DNA of 64,000 bases from Oligoflexales bacterium (GTDB lineage Bacteria > Myxococcota_A > UBA9042 > DTJE01). The notes below the pieces were generated by a model. That model saw nothing but the letters and a program-made list of their open reading frames with translations. It was not told the DNA's origin and did no database searches. The position numbers were made by a program, and so were the translations under genes. Positions 60,839 through 64,000 of the stretch are shown in pieces; position 1 is the stretch's first letter; each line of letters starts with the position of its first letter. The stretch spans positions 10,694 to 74,693 of the forward strand of contig DUVQ01000009.1 in NCBI GenBank assembly GCA_012840965.1, read 5' to 3'.

Positions 60839-63800
60839 ATGAAGGCCCGATGGCAATTATGGGGGTTGGCGTTAAGTCTAACTGGCTTAGTCGCCTGTGC
60901 CACAGACGTTGGCACTATTGATAGGACACAAAACGACAAGCTAGAAAAGAAGATGTTCGCCGGTCTTTGGTACCTTGCCCAAACGGTTATCGACATCCCC
61001 CAAAGCGGCGCATTCAGCTTCGTTGGAGAGATGAACTTTGGTGGTACCAGTAAGGTCGTCTTCGACATCAGCGAATCCACTTTGACTGTGTACCCCGTTT
61101 CTGAGTACATCGAAGGTGCGGAAAAGAAATGGAACACGCACAAAATCCGCAAATACTGGGATGACAGGTGCCTTGACCGAGAGTCCGATGCTCCTGAGTA
61201 TGGGTGCATTGATGGCAAAGACAACTTGGGCAACCCAGATAAGCTTTGCTGCTACGTCGAGCAGTACGTTGGGCAGCCTGTTGCCATCTTTGACATCAAG
61301 TCCCACTTTGATGTCATCCGTAGGTACAATCCGCAAACTGGTGAACAGTCCAACGTGATCGAGGAGAACACTACGGATAAGTTCTGGTGGCAGCGTAAGT
61401 ACATGCGGGTTAACTGGGCTCGCAATAGGGTGGCTGACTATACCTTCATGGCTAGGATGATCGACCAGTCCCCCGTTGACTACTACGTCCAGGAATTCGA
61501 GGGTGAGAGGGGAAATCCTGATGCTCCGACAATTACTGACGATTACATCGACGTGGTCACCAAGGTATATGGCCAGCCGCAAAGTACTGGAAGCTGCGAC
61601 GTTTATGGAGTTTCCTATGGCGACTGCGCCCCTGCGGTAGTTAAATTCAGGACCGCCTTCCGCAAAGTGGATCCAGACCAAAACTACGAACCGTTGCGAT
61701 TCCACAACGAGGTTGAGCAGGCCCTGTTTGGTTACTTCCTGACGGAACGAAACACATATGACGAAGATTGGGGGTTGATTGAATCTGGTAGAACTTCTTT
61801 CATCAACCGTTGGAATCTGTGGGCTAATTCCTTCAAGGAAGAAGAGGTGATTGGTCTGGATGGTAATCCTAAGCCTTGTTTCAAGGATTGGGCCAATACC
61901 GGTTGCGATACTGAAAACATTGAAGGTTCAAAGGAATTCTGTAAGGCAGACGATTGGTACACCCATGGAACCTGTGTACTGCGAACTCCGCTGCCTTACT
62001 CTGCGCGTGGACTGAAACCGATATTGTTTACAGTATCCCATGAACTGCCTGAATCGCTTTGGCCAGCCACAATGAGAATGGCCGAAGTTTGGTCAAAGGC
62101 CTTCAAGGAAACAGTCGCGTGGCTGTACTTCTGGGAAGAAAAGGGCTTGATTCATGGCCAAAATCAGCTTCGTGAGTGTCAAACAAACGCCGATTGTGCA
62201 AGCCATGCACTTGTTGATACAACCTTTGAACTCGACAAGGTCGATGGCGACAACCTGCCTAAAAACAATAGGGGCGGAATTCTGTGGTCTAACATGAACA
62301 AAACCATGGTTATACTGCCAAACAAGGGCATTTCCATGCCTGACTGGCGGTTTCCAGATGGTTTAAATGCAAAGTGCGCCGTGCGACTTGTTAACTTGGC
62401 TGGCGAAGCACCTGCCAACCTAGACGTTGCTGGCGTAAATGTCCTTTCTAACGTGCCAGCTTTGACCACCTCCTCCTACAATCCTGATGTACCCGGATAT
62501 GCTGTAATTGACCCAGTAAACGGCGCTAATTTCGAAGTGCGAGGCGTTGGCTCTGTTACTGCCGATTGCCCTGCCAACCACATCGTTACCGTTGTCGCTG
62601 CCCCTGGGAAGGTATTCACGGCGACCACACCCAAACTTGTGACCGCTATTTCAGGCCTTAGGGTTATAAACGCGACTGACATCGACATTGACGTCTCGAT
62701 CAATGGCGGTCTGCGATTTGGCAATCTTGCACCAAAAGCCAACACTGGTTACATGGAAATTGCTGGTGGTAGCAATGGAACTTATCTGCCCGCAGATTTC
62801 GTCCCACAACGCCTTGTTGCCACTGAGGCCGGCAGTCGTGGTGACCTGACCTGTTTCCGCACAGATCACCTTAACAAGTGCGTCGGTTATGGCCATAACC
62901 TTACCGAGGCTGACTGGACAAGATGGGAAACCATCCTGGGTTCACTTCCCGAAATGTTCGTCCTGTGCCGAAACACTTACACCCCCAAGAACGATGAGAC
63001 TGGGGAACAAAACGACGACATGTGGCAGACCAACCTGTACGCTCCGTGGACTGAGATCGTCAATGCCACAAACGAACAACTGGCCTTGCTTCCAAAGGTC
63101 AACCCCTGCGTTGACTTCCTGTTTGGTGCTGACAAGTTGGGGCCAGAAGAGAGGCTTGAAAATGCCAGCAAGATGAAGAAAATCGGTGACTCTCGCTACA
63201 GCAGTGTTAACTGGGTCAGCGAATCTCAGTACTCGTCTCCGCTTGGTTATGGTCCTAGCGCCTCAGACCCAGACACTGGCGAAATCTTCTGGGGTACCGC
63301 CAATATTTATGGCGCCTACATGTATTATTACGCGAACATGTATCGTGACCTCTTTGACCTGATCTCCGGCAAACTCAGCACCTCGGACTACGTCCTAGGC
63401 CAAAACGTCAGGGAATGGGTCGCCGGCAAGGCAACAGGCTCCAGAGAAGCGGCACTGCAAACGGAAAGTGTTGATTCTATGATGTCTATGCCTGATCAGG
63501 GTGCTGCGATGAGAAGTGCCATGCAGCATGAATTGGACCCATCCGTTTACATGGCTCACGATGGGCGCCCAGTCAGTCACATGGACATCTACAACGTGAT
63601 CCTTGACAAGGACCTCGGCCGCAAGCTTCAAGGCGCACTGCCTACCCTTGGTAATGGCCAGGGCAAAGTCAGACTTAACGCTGTTAAGGGCACTCCTTAC
63701 GAGCACCTGTTGTACAACTCCGAAGTTGAGATGCTTCATGAGGCTGGCCAAGTTGCATCAGCTTCACCTGTTGACTGGGCAACGTTGGAAGACTTCAACA

Positions 63801-64000
63801 AGAAGGAACGTCAACGCCATCAATTCCTGGGCGCTCATAACTACTGCTACTCGGACTTCTCGGACGAAGGCTTGATTGGTAGTGTCAAGGCTTGGGCGTG
63901 TATCGGTGATGACCCAAGACCTCGATGCACCAGGGAAAGCTTCGACCCGTTAGATGTAACGACGTACTACAACAACAAGTGCTGCATTGACGATGGCGAG
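60839..64000 (+). CDS. Large lipoprotein resembling myxobacterial zinc-dependent metalloproteases, 3' end outside the window
   Basis: GGAGG RBS; MKARWQLWGLALSLTGLVAC; SHFDVIRRYNPQTGEQSNVIEEN, FGYFLTER, SPLGYGPSASDPDTGEIFWGTANIYG, all in one frame. HExxH is not seen within the window. Confidence 0.75.
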   Translation, partial: MKARWQLWGLALSLTGLVACATDVGTIDRTQNDKLEKKMFAGLWYLAQTVIDIPQSGAFSFVGEMNFGGTSKVVFDISESTLTVYPVSEYIEGAEKKWNTHKIRKYWDDRCLDRESDAPEYGCIDGKDNLGNPDKLCCYVEQYVGQPVAIFDIKSHFDVIRRYNPQTGEQSNVIEENTTDKFWWQRKYMRVNWARNRVADYTFMARMIDQSPVDYYVQEFEGERGNPDAPTITDDYIDVVTKVYGQPQSTGSCDVYGVSYGDCAPAVVKFRTAFRKVDPDQNYEPLRFHNEVEQALFGYFLTERNTYDEDWGLIESGRTSFINRWNLWANSFKEEEVIGLDGNPKPCFKDWANTGCDTENIEGSKEFCKADDWYTHGTCVLRTPLPYSARGLKPILFTVSHELPESLWPATMRMAEVWSKAFKETVAWLYFWEEKGLIHGQNQLRECQTNADCASHALVDTTFELDKVDGDNLPKNNRGGILWSNMNKTMVILPNKGISMPDWRFPDGLNAKCAVRLVNLAGEAPANLDVAGVNVLSNVPALTTSSYNPDVPGYAVIDPVNGANFEVRGVGSVTADCPANHIVTVVAAPGKVFTATTPKLVTAISGLRVINATDIDIDVSINGGLRFGNLAPKANTGYMEIAGGSNGTYLPADFVPQRLVATEAGSRGDLTCFRTDHLNKCVGYGHNLTEADWTRWETILGSLPEMFVLCRNTYTPKNDETGEQNDDMWQTNLYAPWTEIVNATNEQLALLPKVNPCVDFLFGADKLGPEERLENASKMKKIGDSRYSSVNWVSESQYSSPLGYGPSASDPDTGEIFWGTANIYGAYMYYYANMYRDLFDLISGKLSTSDYVLGQNVREWVAGKATGSREAALQTESVDSMMSMPDQGAAMRSAMQHELDPSVYMAHDGRPVSHMDIYNVILDKDLGRKLQGALPTLGNGQGKVRLNAVKGTPYEHLLYNSEVEMLHEAGQVASASPVDWATLEDFNKKERQRHQFLGAHNYCYSDFSDEGLIGSVKAWACIGDDPRPRCTRESFDPLDVTTYYNNKCCIDDGE

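Overview
Bacterial chromosomal window of intermediate GC. The many Cys-rich lipoproteins, MopE-like repeats, PEGA, IPT/TIG, DUF507 and HEAT proteins suggest a Myxococcota/deltaproteobacterial host (inference). Housekeeping genes (gap, pssA, dacB, PBP1A, mgtE, tldD, a CAT-anticodon tRNA) are mixed with surface lipoproteins and accessory genes of uneven composition (cobT-cobS-cobC, urea transporter, carbonic anhydrase, a SIR2-TPR gene). No CRISPR array, integrase, reverse transcriptase or intact transposase was seen. Strongest observations: (1) an AT-rich stand-alone SIR2-like gene fused to seven near-identical 44-aa (132-bp) TPR-like repeats that vary at fixed positions, a candidate immune receptor; (2) a ~145-bp MITE with perfect inverted repeats, plus an inverted 30-bp copy of its end 5.2 kb upstream, bracketing two lipoprotein genes like a decayed composite transposon; (3) dispersed C-rich hexamer repeats with G-quadruplex potential at gene boundaries; (4) three exported-protein genes with frameshifts near their 5' ends (a G6 run, a 14-bp tandem duplication, a broken signal peptide). 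Two genes cut by the window edges (1-439 minus, 60839-64000 plus) are absent from the ORF track. All family calls come from motif recognition, not database searches.
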